Of a stretch of 64,000 bases of DNA, positions 48,709 through 61,111 are shown piece by piece. Positions within the stretch are counted from its first letter, which is position 1, and each line of letters starts with the position of its first letter. The translations under genes were made by a program, and so were the position numbers. The DNA comes from Dendrobates tinctorius. Taxonomy: Eukaryota. A model generated the notes under the pieces. That model had not been told where the DNA came from. It did not search any database and saw only the letters and a list, made by a program, of their open reading frames with translations. The stretch lies in NCBI RefSeq assembly GCF_039654945.1, contig NW_027361808.1, positions 20,336,001 through 20,400,000 on the forward strand, given 5' to 3'.

Positions 48709-50005
48709 ATGGAAAACACAGGGACTGATGCTGATGCTGTGGTGAAACTTATAAAATACATCCTCACCCACAATTACTTTGAATTTGACAACAGGATCTA
48801 TCTACAGGAGACTGGCACAGCTATGGGAAGTAAAATGGCTCCACAGTATGCAAATCTCTTCATGGCCAAGCTTGAAAGCGACTTTTTGTCCTCATGCCCC
48901 ATCAGGCCACTGGCCTACTACCGCTTCATTGATGATATTTTAATCGTCTGGACGGAGTCTGAGCAACAGCGAAAGACGTTCCACGAACAGTTTAATCAAT
49001 TTCATCCCACCATCAATTTAACAATCAACTACTCCAGTACTGAGATTAATTTTTTGGACACCATCATTAAGCTAAAAAACAATGAAATAGAGACATCCCT
49101 GTATCAGAAGCCAATCGACCGTCCAACATACCTTAAATGGGACAGTTTCCATCCAAAACACATAAAGAACTCTATTATCTATAGCCAAGCCATCAGATAC
49201 AATCGTATATGTTCCAACCCCATGGATAGAGACAAACACCTTGGTCGCCTCAAAAAGACCTTTTTGAATCAGGGTTACCATCCAAGAACAATTGAAAACC
49301 AAATTACAAGAGCCACCAGATTGTCAAGGAATCACCTGCTACATTACAAAGCTAAAGAAGAAAATAACCGAGTGCCTCTAGTAGTCACCTACAACCCAAA
49401 TCTGGAGGTGCTAAGGGGAGCTGCACGGAAATTACAACCTTTACTACAAAAAGATGCCCAATTAAAATCCATTTTTCCAGACCCCCCACTGCTGTGTTTT
49501 AGGCAGCCCCCAAATTTAAGAAGCATCATTGTCAGAAGCTCCCTGTCCTCTCCAACAGCTGCAGGAACCTTTCCTTGCAACCAGAAAAAATGTAAAACCT
49601 GTCCATTTATAATGACCACGGACAAGATAAAGATCCCCAACTCACATCAGGACTACAAGATCCCAGGTACTTTCACCTGCATCACATATAATGTGGTGTA
49701 CTTAATTATTTGTACTAAATGTCCAACTGGGGGTCTGTATGTGGGGGAGACAGGGCAAAAGCTTAGAACAAGGATGAATGCTCATCGTCACACAATAAGA
49801 GAAAAAAAGAATGGATCTACCTGTGGCAAAACATTTCTGTATCCCTGATCACAGCAACGTGGATATGAAATTACTGGTATTGAAAGGTAACTTCAATTCT
49901 CAGAGAGAAAGACGAGTTTGGGAGTACAAATTTATGACGAACTTTGACACTCTCAGTGCTGGAATGAATGTGTCGCATGGATTTATGTCTTTTTACATCA
50001 ATTAA
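48709..50005 (+). pseudogene. PLE RT/GIY-YIG C-terminal part; one frameshift in the A-run at about 49802
   Basis: 379-aa open frame followed by MDLPVAKHF..RERRVWEYKF..GMN in another frame. Confidence 0.9.
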
Positions 50006-50229
50006 GGAATTTCCTTTTAAAACCTTGTGGGGGCATCACAACACAGAATTAGACCCCAATCAGAGGACCATATAACATCCGGACTCCTTATCTATGAATT
50101 GGTCCAATGTTTATATTTATGTTTCTCCCTCTCCCATATTGATAGTTCTGCTTCACGTCACTTGTCTTATCTATTGCATTTTTTCTAGGCTGTATTGTGC
50201 ATAAATATGTGACTTCAGATTTTGTATTA

Positions 50230-51140
50230 GGCTGTGGGCACACGTAGCGTTTTAAAACGCTCACTAAAAACCAGACTCCTTCCCAGAAATCGCGCGGTTT
50301 TTTCTGCGCGATTTCACCGCGATTATGATCGTGATTTTGCCACGATTTTCGCGTGCGATATTCAAGCACTTCCCAAGCGATTTGAAGCATCGCTTGGAAA
50401 GTGATTGACAGGTTGGTCACACTCGTCAAACATAGTGTTTGACGAGTGTGACCAGGTTTTTACTATTAAGGCCGCCTATGCGGCATCAATAGTAAAAGAT
50501 AGGATGTTAAAAAAAAATAAAAAAATCGGAGTATATTTACCTTACGGCGTCCTGCGATGCATTCCCGGGCCTCAGCGTTCCCAGTAATGCCTTGCGAGAC
50601 CTGTGATGACGTAGTCTCGCGTTGCTATAGCGATCTCGCGAGACCGATAGAGTCACACGAGACTACGTCATTACTGGACCGTGCCGCAAGGCATTACTGG
50701 GAACGCTAGGCCGGGAATGCATCGCGGGACGCCGGAAGGTAAATATACCCCGATTTTTTATTTTTTATTCTTTTTTTACAGGGGTATGGTACCCAGGGCC
50801 TGGAGGACAGTCTCCTCTCCTCCACACCGTGGGTACCAACCGCACATGAGACGCTTAACTTCCCGCATGGTGGGCATAGCCACATGCGGGAAGTAAGCGA
50901 TTCTCATGCATTCCTATGGGTGCGGAATCGCGGCAATTCTTTGCGATTCCGCACAAAGAATGAGCATGCTGCGATTTTTTCCGCGATGTGATTCCGCCGC
51001 GGAAAAAAGCGCAGCATTAGCACAGCATGTGCGGAATGCCATAGGAATGCATGGGGGGCGTTCTGTACACGATTTTTAAACGTTTTCGCGCCGAAAATCG
51101 CGGCAAAAACGCTTAAAAATCGCTACGTGTTCACATAGCC
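50230..51140. mobile_element. PIF/Harbinger-type MITE in the PLE pLTR
   Basis: GGCTGTGGGCACACGTAGCG / CGCTACGTGTTCACATAGCC with TTA TSD; internal hairpin at about 50530-50755. Confidence 0.9.
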
Positions 51141-51145
51141 TTAGT

Positions 51146-51188
51146 CTAGCCTGATGAAGAGACCTGAGTAGTCTCGAAAGCTTGCAAT
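51146..51188 (+). ncRNA. Minimal type I hammerhead ribozyme motif (PLE pLTR)
   Basis: CTGATGA-A-GAGAC-ctgagta-GTCTC-GAAA-GC-TT-GCA; intact core and stem II; palindromic AAGCTT stem III; stem I weak. Confidence 0.8.
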
Positions 51189-51549
51189 GTGTTACCATCT
51201 TTTCAGTTAGCCATAAAAAGGTATCAACTACTGAGGACTCTCAATCCTGAATATTTTTCAATACCAGTAATTTCATATCCATGGTGTTGTTGTGATCAGG
51301 CATACAAAAATGTTTTGCCACAGGTAGATCCATTCTTTTTTCTCTTATTGTGTGACAATGAGCTTGGAACAAGGATGAATTCTCATCGTCACACAATAAG
51401 AGAAAAAAGAATGGATCTACCTGTGGCAAAACATTTTTGTATGCCTGATCACAACAACACCATGGATATGAAATTACTGGTATTGAAAAGTAACTTCACA
51501 TCTCAGAGAGACAGGAGGTTTTGGGAGTATAAATTTATGACGACCTTTG

Positions 51550-52419
51550 TGTCACGGCGCCGTCAGACTCAGGGCCTGCTGTCCCGGCCTCGGCCACTAG
51601 GAGACGCCGGACTGTCACATCGCCGTCAGACTCGGGGCCTGCTATCCCTGCCTCGGCCACTAGGAGGCGCCGGACTATCACATCACCATCTAACTCGGCG
51701 CCTGCTGTTCCTGCCTCGGCCACTGGAAAGCGCCGTGGTTCGCCCACCGAGTGATGGCGGCAACAGAGATGGGGCTCCTGCGCAGGCATCTGGTGGATGC
51801 AGGCTCCGCTCCTCTGTCAGTCATGAAGGGGTTGGTGCATCACCATCCAGCCTGGTCCTGGGGGCGGTCCTGATGACATCATCAGTCCGGGAACCTGTGA
51901 AGGATGACCCGATCCCTCAAATACCTTGGGACTGGTCTTGCAAGCCGCCGGATATATTCTTGGTTCCCCTGTGTGCTACTGTGTAATTTGCTATAGTTAA
52001 ACTCTGACCTCAGCCTGGATTTCTGACCATTCTATTGCCTGCCGTTTTTGTACCTCTGCCTCTCTTCCGATATTTGACGCTGACCTTTGCTTGGATTCCT
52101 GACCCTTCTGCTGCCTGCTGATTCTGTACCTTGCTGCCCTCCTGGTTTTACTGACCCTGGCCTGGACTTTTGACTCTCCTTCTGCCTGCTTGTTTCGTTC
52201 CTCTGCTGCCCTCCGGCCTCCGACTCCTGCCTCCTGACCTTGATTACGGGTTTTAGTATTAACCCCTTGGCGGCCGACCTGCTCTGGTCCACTGCTCCAC
52301 TAGACAGCTACCCCCTGGGCCTTGCTACAATTCCAGATCCCTGTATAGGGGTTAAGGGTCTCGGGGTTACTCGGGGGTGCTGTTCCTACTGCAGCCCAGA
52401 TTCGCAAACGGTCGTCACA
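51550..52419 (+). mobile_element. Solo Gypsy-type LTR (870 bp)
   Basis: TGTCAC...GGTCGTCACA; 5-bp TSD CTTTG; shares CCCTGTATAGGGGT and the terminus with the 13266 LTR; three ~60-bp repeats near its start. Confidence 0.9.
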
Positions 52420-52700
52420 CTTTGACACTCTCAGTGCTGGAATGAATGTGTCACATGGATTTATGTCTTTTTACATCAATTAAGGAATTTGCTCCTAAGA
52501 CCTTGTGGGGGCATCACAACACATTAGGAGACCCCAATCAGAGGACAATAAAACATCCATACTCCTTATCTATGAACTGTCCAATATTTATGTTTCTCCC
52601 TATCCCATAATGATAATTCTGCTTCACGACACTTGTCTTATCTATTGCATTTTTTCTGTGCTGTACATATATATGTGATTCTTCAGATGTTGTACTAGTC

Positions 52701-52743
52701 AATGCCTGATGAAAAGACCTGAGTAGTCTCGAAAGCTTGCAAT
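52701..52743 (+). ncRNA. Minimal hammerhead ribozyme motif, second copy
   Basis: AATGC-CTGATGA-AAAGAC-ctgagta-GTCTC-GAAA-GCTT-GCAAT; G>A mismatch at the base of stem II. Confidence 0.7.
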
Positions 52744-52822
52744 GTGTTACCATCTTTTCAGTTAGCCATTAAAAGGTATCAACCACTGAGGACTCTCAAT
52801 TCTGAATATTTTTCTATGTATT

Positions 52823-53211
52823 TCTAGTCCTTTCAAGGATAAGTCAGATGATCCCTTTATGACCTCAAAGTAATGTTGGAGCAGTGACAAATTTATGTTT
52901 TGAAGATGTCTGGATCGGGGTGCATCGGGGCATAATGATGAACTTCTATCTTCACACTGTATTTCCCACATAGCAGCACCCTCCCTCCGCCCGGCTGATT
53001 GACAGGTTATTATTCATGGTACATGGCTACTGACCTGTCAATCAGCCGGGGGAGGGTGCTACTATGAGGGAAATACAGTGTGAAGATAGAAGTAAATCAT
53101 TACGCCCCGATGCACCCCGATCCAGACATCTTCAAACCATAATTCGTCACTGTTGAAACATTACTTTGGGGTCATAAAGGAATCATATGGCTTATCCTTT
53201 AAAGGACTAGA
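52823..53211. mobile_element. Long palindromic MITE body (~390 bp)
   Basis: TCTAGTCCTTT.AAGGATAAG...CTTATCCTTTAAAGGACTAGA; arms pair along their length, centred near 53020. Confidence 0.8.
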
Positions 53212-53322
53212 CAGATATATTAATGGTTTGGGAAGGTAATAGTTTCTCACAAGATTCTTTTAAATACAATTGAAAAAGGAAAGAATAAACTGAGGAGGGT
53301 AAGGTGCATTGTTCTCTCTTAA

Positions 53323-53725
53323 GGCCCTTTTACATTTAGCGATGCACCAGCGATCCGACCAGCGATCCGACCCGGTCAGGATCGCTGGTGCATCGCTAAA
53401 TGATCGCTAGTGAGCTTTCACACAGAAAGATCTCACAGCGATGCAGCAGCGACGCAGCACACGATACTCACCTTTCACACACAGCGATCCTGACGTCCTC
53501 CCGCCCTCCTCCACGCGTCGCTCGTCTCACACAGCAGGAAGCCCAGCAGGAAGCGCCCGACGAGAAATGGAGCCGGACATTCTCGCGCGATCAGCGATGG
53601 ACAGCGGGGCAGCCGGTCGTTGGTAAGTATCACACATAGCGATATCGCTAGCAATATCGCTATAACGTCACAAAACCAGTGACGTTACAGCGATATTTAG
53701 CGATATTGCTTAGTGTAAAACCCCC
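53323..53725. mobile_element. MITE, second copy of the 4487-4859 family
   Basis: Same internal order (CCAGCGATCCGACCAGCGAT...GGTAAGTATCACAC...CACAAAAACCAGTGACGTTA); TTA flanks. Confidence 0.85.
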
Positions 53726-54954
53726 TTTAGATGTTCCTTGTGGTTTTGTTTGCTCGGGGATCTGAATACAGTACTAGTTTAATGATTAATTCTATTATGT
53801 AATGTTTTAAAGTATACTGTTTTCTAAAGTTATAAATTTCAATAAAACCATTTTGAAATTATTTCTATTATATAAGGATGCGTGACGATGTAGTTTTGTG
53901 CACCGGAAGGTGTTATGATATATCCACTGTACGATTATCAAGGAAACCACTTCAAAGCTATTTACCACAAAATAATTTGGTAAACTAAAAATCAATACTT
54001 AAGGCGTGAGGCAACAACAATGAACACTAGCGTGCTACAAGCAAGGCTCACCCCTACTATTTGTTTAGACAGTTAGGTGTCATTAGGCACAAACATTGCA
54101 CTATTGTGTGTGTGACGGAGAAGGGATTTTTGGGGGCATAAGTTAGAAGTTAGATTACTACAAGGTGCTACAGATCAAAAGGATACATGCAGCTGCCGTA
54201 CTCGGTGGTACGTGTTGCATCGACTGGATTCTGTCCTGCACATATTTTGCAGATTTTCCCTTTTGGAAAATCTCATCTACGCGCTGTGGACATTTCTTTC
54301 ACACAGAAATAGACCTGTTGTAAAGAGTTTCAAATACAAAGCATTTCAATTTTCGGATGCAGGGCGGATTTCACCCCAATCAATTAAAAGTGCTCCAAAT
54401 GTGGAAAATTTTTAAGAAAAAACACATGTTAAAAATATGGATTTTCTTGCATATTAACAATAGTTAATTGCAGTTGGCATGCCTAAACGATGACCGCCAA
54501 ATGGCATGTACATAGCTGATCAGATGTTGTTAAACAGCCACGATTGGGCAGTTGAAACGAGCCCTTTAGGCTTGGACAGCTGATCATTTTTGCACCAACT
54601 TATGCTGTCAGAGATCTATGCACCACAGGAACACAACATGGAGCCTTCAATTTCCTACCACGCTCCAAGGAAACACACGATAAATGGATCTGCCACATAG
54701 GTACACTACAGGCAGTGCAAAGGTCAGAGCCGCACCAAGACCCTGATGCCTGATGGAGACCAAAGTCCCTCTCTTCCCATAAGAAAACTCTTGTAATATG
54801 AATAAAACATATATGGTGGGGCCTGGTACAGACTTTCCATGGGGGTCAATGAGCTTAATCATTTAAACATATGGCTGTATTCACACATGGTAGATCAATG
54901 GGAAAAGTCTTCTGCAATAGATCAACCACTTGTGATTTCACCCACAGTGTGTGT

Positions 54955-55632
54955 TGTAGTGTGACTAATGGACGCATAATTAATGCGAGATATGTGTCAC
55001 AGGGATGGCTGCTCCCTGTGATGTAACCCGGAGTATTTTTTCTTTAGTGCACGGAAGCCCTAAGCAGTTGTTGTTCACACTTGGGTCCGGGATACGGGTA
55101 GCTCTGAGAGATGGGAGGGTCAGGCTACCCATATATCTCACCACGAGGTGAAGATGCTCACTGTACCCGTTTTTCACTGCAGAAGCCTGTGTGGTTGTGT
55201 GTTGAGGACCTGCGGTGATGTCATGATCACGTGATGGATACCTGGGTGTGGTTACAGCTATGTAATGGAGGTGTGTTTGGCACATGTGAGTGTTTTGGAG
55301 TCTGTCAGTGTGGACAGATTTCCATGTGTCCATGCTGGACACTATGGAGTGGACAGTCTGACAACCGTGAGTGATACTGACCGGGGTCTGTAAGAAGTGT
55401 TTGTGGGATACCTCTGAGGAGAAGAGGGGTCAGTGAGAGACTGTGTTTATTCTATAGAGCTGAATGCGTAACGGACAGTGTACTGGCTGCTGCATACTGT
55501 CAAATTTTCTGAGGAGTGGTTTATGCATTTTACTATAAACATTATGAACTTGTTTTTTTACCGAGTGTCCCAGCGTTTGCCTCAACGACCAGCAAACATC
55601 TACAGATAGTGTGGGACGTTGTAGTGTCTACA
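54955..55632 (+). mobile_element. Probable solo LTR, same family as 2358-2997
   Basis: TGTAG...CTACA termini and 5' homology to the other copy; TSD not clear. Confidence 0.55.
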
Positions 55633-56189
55633 GTTCAGAGCCTACCGCAAGCCATGATTCCATGTAAGCACCAATCACATCTTCCTAATATACGATATGC
55701 TAGAGTATATGAGTTACAGGTTTCTATATCTGATGCTACCATTGTCATCAATGTTGTTAGCTCCCAAAAGGCTTCATTTCCATCTCATTTTCTCCTTTTT
55801 TCAGATTTCCACAGCAGTCAGTTGCAGGCAATCAATCACTCCTGCTGTGCAGATGCTGGATTGTACCTGTCTCTGGGGCTGTGTTCACATGCAGAGGCCA
55901 AAGTGTGTCTGCAATAAGGCTTGCAATCTTGCTAACAAGGAGATCAATACACTTTTTAAATTAGCTGCAGCTAAAAGGAGTGTTATTGTTAAAGGGGTTG
56001 TAGCCAAGTTTGGACGTTATCCACTATCCATATGATAGAAGATACCTTCCCGTTGGTTGGGTGTCTGGAGAATTGACCACTGGGATTCCCACTAATCCTG
56101 AGAACAGAGCTCTAAATAGCCTCGTCTAAAAGACGCATACGCACTCTCGCGCCATTCATTCTTCTGCGCTGGCCTGGTCTTCCGCATAC

Positions 56190-59075
56190 CAGGGCTGTGG
56201 AGTCGGTAAGCCACAGTTGCGACTCCGACTCCTGGATTTTATCAGGCTCCGGCTCCGACTCCGACTCCTTCATAAATGGCCAATTCATAACAACAAATTT
56301 ACTGTTGTAAAATATTAAACATCGTGCTTATTCAGTTTCTCACCATCATATAAGTAATCAGACCACTTAGCGCAAAAACTACATTTATTAGAATACAATT
56401 AGAATATAGCAAATAACTTTTATAAACTTTTCTAAACTGTAAGTAAATATGCAATAAACACTTTTATGCAGTTAATAAGAAGAAATCTATAAATTTGTCC
56501 TCAGAAAAAGTATTGCCTCTGTCAGATCCTCCTTCATGGATGCCCTCAAATCTGATCTAATTATTTTGAGAGCAGAGAACAACCTCTCTACACTAACTTG
56601 TGTTGGTGGCAAAGCAGTAACCACTCGGGCAACATCTCTGACAATGTCAGGATACAGAGGAATCGCTTGTTGCACTGTTATTTTTGATGAACGGTCAAAT
56701 TTCTCAATTTCTTTTAGTGCACATGAAAAATTCTGCTGAAATGTACTGGCTGTGTTCCTTGATGGGGATGACTCTTCTTCTATGCGGGAACGCTTTGCAC
56801 GGTCCTTGTGATCCAAATATTTTTCGAAATTAAATTCTTCATCAGTTGATGATGAGGGTGAAGATGTGGCAGGACGACCAAATTCTTCTTGTTCCTCCTG
56901 ACTGTTCTGCAACCCTTTCATCCTTACTGCTATTTCAAACAGAGCTTATTTTCCTTTACTTAGCTGTTGATCATCTAGAAGAATCCGATGCATTGGGTCT
57001 ACATAAACAGCTGCCAAAAGAATGTTATTTTGTAATAGTAGCTCCTCTCTCCGTTTCATTGATGTAGCAATGCCACTTGCAATTAACCCTCCTCTTTGGG
57101 ACAGGCGAAACATCAGGTTCTTCCACTCCTTTAAGAAAATACCTGGAGTTAAGTCCTCTGCTTGTAATTTTTTAGTCACTGTAAATGGGTGCTCTAGCAA
57201 TTTTTCCAGCTCAGTCACCTGATTCCACTGACATTCATTTAGCGTCAGTTGAGGGTTAGCCATGTCTACAAGAAAGGTTTTCAGTTCAACCAAGTGCTGA
57301 ATCATTAAGTAAGTACTGCCCCATCGTGTGGCTTGATCAATAATTGCCCCTTTTCCAGCACGTCTCTTCAAAATTGAGTCAACTTTAGGGGTTCTGGCAA
57401 CAGTAGCCAATTTTCTCACCTTGCTAATCAGTGCAGCCAGCTGTAGCGTATGCACAACACAGCGCATGTGATGAATGAAAGAACATATTGACACAGCTTC
57501 AACAAGATCATCTAAACTATCATGTTGCTGTTCATCTGAAGCAACTTCAGTTTGCTCCTCAGTTACAATACTGTGTTCCTCCATTTCAAACATTTCTGTG
57601 TCTGTGGACCCAGAACATTCTTCTAGCTGCTGGTCACCATCATTACTCTCATTCATTAGCTTAATAGTACTTATCATATTTGAAGCATTGTCAGTTACGA
57701 CAGAAAGAACTTGCTCTTTTTTAAGTTCATAGTCTTGCAGAACCTTTTCCACCAAGACCTGGAGAAACTCACTGGTGTGATGAGCTTTGGTGTCTTTTAC
57801 TGCCAATGTCTTGGTAACTATTTCATTTTTGTTACAAACAACTCGGACATTGATGGCAAAATAGTTCACTCTGTGACGTGTGCAGGCATCCATTTTAAGA
57901 AACAGAAAGCGTCCCTTGAGAGTTTTTTTTTTTAAGTTCTTCCTTTTGTTTAAAAGCTTCTTCGATTACTAATTTTCTAATACTCTCTCTCTCCAGAGAA
58001 ACACCAAGCTTGCGGGCCATTTCCCCATTCAGACGCATAAAAGCTGGTCGTGAAAATAATGAAATAGGCACACTATCCTTTACAACAAGCTCTATGATCT
58101 GTTTTTAAATGTATCTACTGTCATTGTCACAGTAACTTTGTCACTGACAAAATATCTTGCAACTGATGGCTGCAAAGTTCTCTGCTCCTTTGTTTGGCTG
58201 GAAGATCTGGGCCCTGGTTCATTGGTTTGGATGCAGTCTTTCTCATCCACTGCTTTCAGTACTTCTGGATGAAAGCGCTGTAAATGTCTCTTTAGATTAG
58301 AAGCTCTGGTAGGAGCATTTTTATCTTTGCCTCAATATGCACTCATCTTGGCTTCACAGCATTTGTTTTCATCTGGATCATTTGTCATACACTGACAGAC
58401 ATAATGTTTTCTATCTTGAGTGATGGTGAAATGTTCAAATACAGCTGATTTAATGTGATGCTTCTTTGACATTCTCAGGTTTTTAATTCTGCATTCACAA
58501 TCCAAATGACAATTGTTTTTCCTAAAAACAATTGTACAAAATTATTGCCAGGTCGTACAACTGATATAGTGGTCAGTAATACTGTTATTATTCCTCATGT
58601 ACTCACAGTTAACTGATGCAAAGTTTGTTGAAAGGATAATACTTTTTACAGTCTTCCTATTCTGAGTAGCAGGCAGCTGTGAGATGCTTGGAAGACGCAC
58701 ACCTAGTATGATCTAGTCTAGAGGAGGAGCTTTACTACTAAGAATTTGCAACACATTTTCACTTTCAGTTTCATATATTGTAAGTAGGGGGGTTGGGGCA
58801 GCATGAGGTTAACCAAGTATAAGATTAGATAAGGGCAGTGGAGAACAGTGACACACAAGAAGTAAGAAATATCTCTATCTCCAGCAGAACTGCTTATCAC
58901 TGTTGTTCATAGTTTGATAGAACATATATATTTGAGTAACATTTATAAAATTCATATGAAAGTTCAATTATGAAATATTAATACTTTTTTTTAAAGCTGG
59001 AGTCAGAGTCGGTACATTTCTACCGACTCCAACCAAAACTAACTCCGACTCCACGACTCCGACTCCACAGCCCTG
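56190..59075 (-). mobile_element. Full-length hAT transposon (2886 bp), transposase disrupted
   Basis: TIRs CAGGGCTGTGGAGTCGG / CCGACTCCACAGCCCTG; 8-bp TSD CCGCATAC; subterminal CGACTC repeats. Confidence 0.96.
56487..58472 (-). pseudogene. hAT transposase pseudogene
   Basis: BED finger (AVFEHF..YVCQC..SNLKRHLQRFH); MDAC; VTDNASNM; RCVVHTLQL; TRWGSTY; PPTQVSVERLFS; a few stops and frameshifts. Confidence 0.93.
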
Positions 59076-59888
59076 CCGCATACACAATAAGAATGAATAG
59101 TGTGTGGGTGCACATGCTCAATCTCCACTCAGATAGGGTTTTTCAGAGCATAGCTCTCAGATTCCTAGGTGTTCCAGCGAGATCCCTTGGTGTCCTAGCA
59201 GTCAGACCTCCAGGATCAAGAACTTATCCATAAGATAGGAGTAACTTCCAATCTTGGTATCAACCTCTTTAACAGCTGCATGGCCAATAAAGAGTAACCA
59301 TCATTTTATATTCTTTTATTAATCAATTGCGCACAAGAATTAGAAACTTTGTGATCTATCTTATCAGAGAAATCTGCTTTTTTCTTTTCCTGGATTGATC
59401 GATTATTCTCAGTTCAGGGGTAAAATCGTCAGTGAATACAGATTTTTCCATTACTGAGATAGGAGAGGTCATTTGGTGCTCATAAAGTTCTATGGAGAAC
59501 TGTAAATGGTAATTTCAGGAGAACCTGCACCAGGATGTCTGTGTCTGCCTCTAGCTTCTCCTTCCTAATCCCACTTTTGGAATTTTAAAAGCACCAAGTG
59601 TCATCTCCTATCTTAGTAATGAGAAAATCAGTCTTCACATTTTGTTGAAGTAGAAGTTGATAAAATGTGAAGACTTCGTCTGATCAGCAGTTTAGTTTCT
59701 GGCTGGCTGTGAACCTCCCACTGGATGCTGATCCCAACAGAAGCAGCACTTTCTATGGATGAGTGGTGCTGGGCTGGGAAGTATCATTTTTTTTTTACCA
59801 ATTATTTCACAACTGGACAACTCAATTTATATGTATAAACATGGAGAACTAAAAAAACCAAACAATTCTAGAGATTAATGTTACTTAC

Positions 59889-60037
59889 TTTATTTCCACT
59901 GTCTTTCCATATGAGCTTCACGCTATAACCCAGGAGAGCTCCATTTGCAGCACTGAGAGGAGGCTGCGTCCATGTGACTGTAAGGGAGTATGAGCCATTT
60001 ACAATCACTGTGATGTTCTCCGGAGCAGCGGACGGAG
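59889..60037 (-). CDS. MERTK: TAM receptor kinase exon, first half of the second FN3 domain
   Basis: TTTTTAG| acceptor, |GTAAGT donor; 149 nt, phase 1 to 0; (A)PSAAPENITVIVNGSYSLTVTWTQPP..NGALLGYSV..W resembles recalled human MERTK APSVAPLNVTV..GELVGY. Confidence 0.88.
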
Positions 60038-60412
60038 CTAAAAACAACATTTTGCATTATTAAATACAATACTCTTACATCTTAGCAGTAACATGCCATT
60101 AATCTGCCTCCATTCACATTCTTCATTTCAGACAGCAAAGCCTTGTCAGAACTCTGCTGATTTTGATAAAAACAAAATGAATCATTTTCAGGTTTTTTGT
60201 TAGAATTTTTAATTTTTCCATTTTAGAACGATTCTTGACAATTGCATCTTATTTTACTTTGCGATATTGTCATTTTTCTGATCTGTTTTTGCAGGTATTT
60301 GGCAAAAACAACAACACAAAAGGCATCCATATTGGCTCAGTCAGCTGTGAATATGATTCTAGCTGTCTTCAGTTGCTGAAAAGCTAGTTTAAAGTATAGC
60401 TATCATTTTTAA

Positions 60413-60620
60413 AGGGAGCCTGTCATGTGAAAATATGCTATTAACCAGCAGACATGGTGTTAATCAGCAGGTCAACAGGGTTCTGAACCTGCCTGGCGCG
60501 CTCTCACTGATAGCCCAGGGGTTAAAAGTAAATTCGCAGGGCAGGTTCAGAACTCTATTAACTTGCAAACCAACCCATATTTGTAGGTTTAATAGCATTT
60601 TTTAAAGCGATAAGTCCCTT
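60413..60620. mobile_element. T2-type MITE
   Basis: TTAA flanks; internal inverted repeats GGTTCTGAACCTGCC / GGCAGGTTCAGAAC. Confidence 0.65.
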
Positions 60621-60640
60621 TTAAATGTCATTGCCCTTAA

Positions 60641-61111
60641 AGAGAAGCCATCATCAGGAATTTACCTATTGTTTAAATATATTTGTTATTATAAAATTAT
60701 TCTTTAAATATTTTTTGCGATTTTTTTTACATATCACAATATATATTAAAAATAAAAATCTTGCAATTTTCACAACATTTTCAAGACTATACCTTACTAT
60801 TGTTTCAGGAAACAACACGTGTACATAGTCACCATGGTGACTGGTGATTTTGTGTGTACCGAAAAGGTACCAGGCATTGTAATCCTGCCTCTGCTGATAA
60901 GACAACTCCTGTACACACTTCCTGAAAGACAGGAAGTATGAGCCTAAAAAAGCCCCAGTGGCCAGTGTGAAAATCACAAGATTACTTTTTTTTTCTTTTT
61001 TTTAAATTAAGATCATGATATCATTAAACAGCATTGCCAGCATTAAAAAAAATACATACAACACAAATATCGGATTAAAGCAAAAAGTTATTTACTGATG
61101 ATATCTTCCCA
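60641..61111. mobile_element. T2-type MITE
   Basis: TTAA|AGAGAAGCCATCATCAG...CTGATGATATCTTCCCA|TTAA. Confidence 0.6.

Larger units (their letters stand above)
46288..51260 (+). mobile_element. Penelope-like element (Neptune-like), 5'-truncated, interrupted by CR1 and a MITE
   Basis: RT motifs MDVESLYSNIPH, GTAMGSKMAPQYAN, RFIDDI; Cys linker CNQKKCKTC; GIY-YIG VVYLIICTKC..LYVGETG; 3' pLTR with hammerhead. Confidence 0.95.
51260..52817 (+). mobile_element. Second, tandem, 5'-inverted short copy of the same PLE
   Basis: 51260-51358 is the reverse complement of about 51387-51485; the body repeats 49772-51260 without the MITE. Confidence 0.9.
55993..59268. mobile_element. T2/Kolobok-type MITE split by a hAT insertion
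   Basis: TTAA|AGGGGTTG...CAACCTCT|TTAA; the arms flank the hAT element. Confidence 0.7.

Noticed and set aside
51189-51986. 265-aa ORF
   Set aside because: Accidental read-through across pLTR, fold-back, PLE tail and solo LTR junctions
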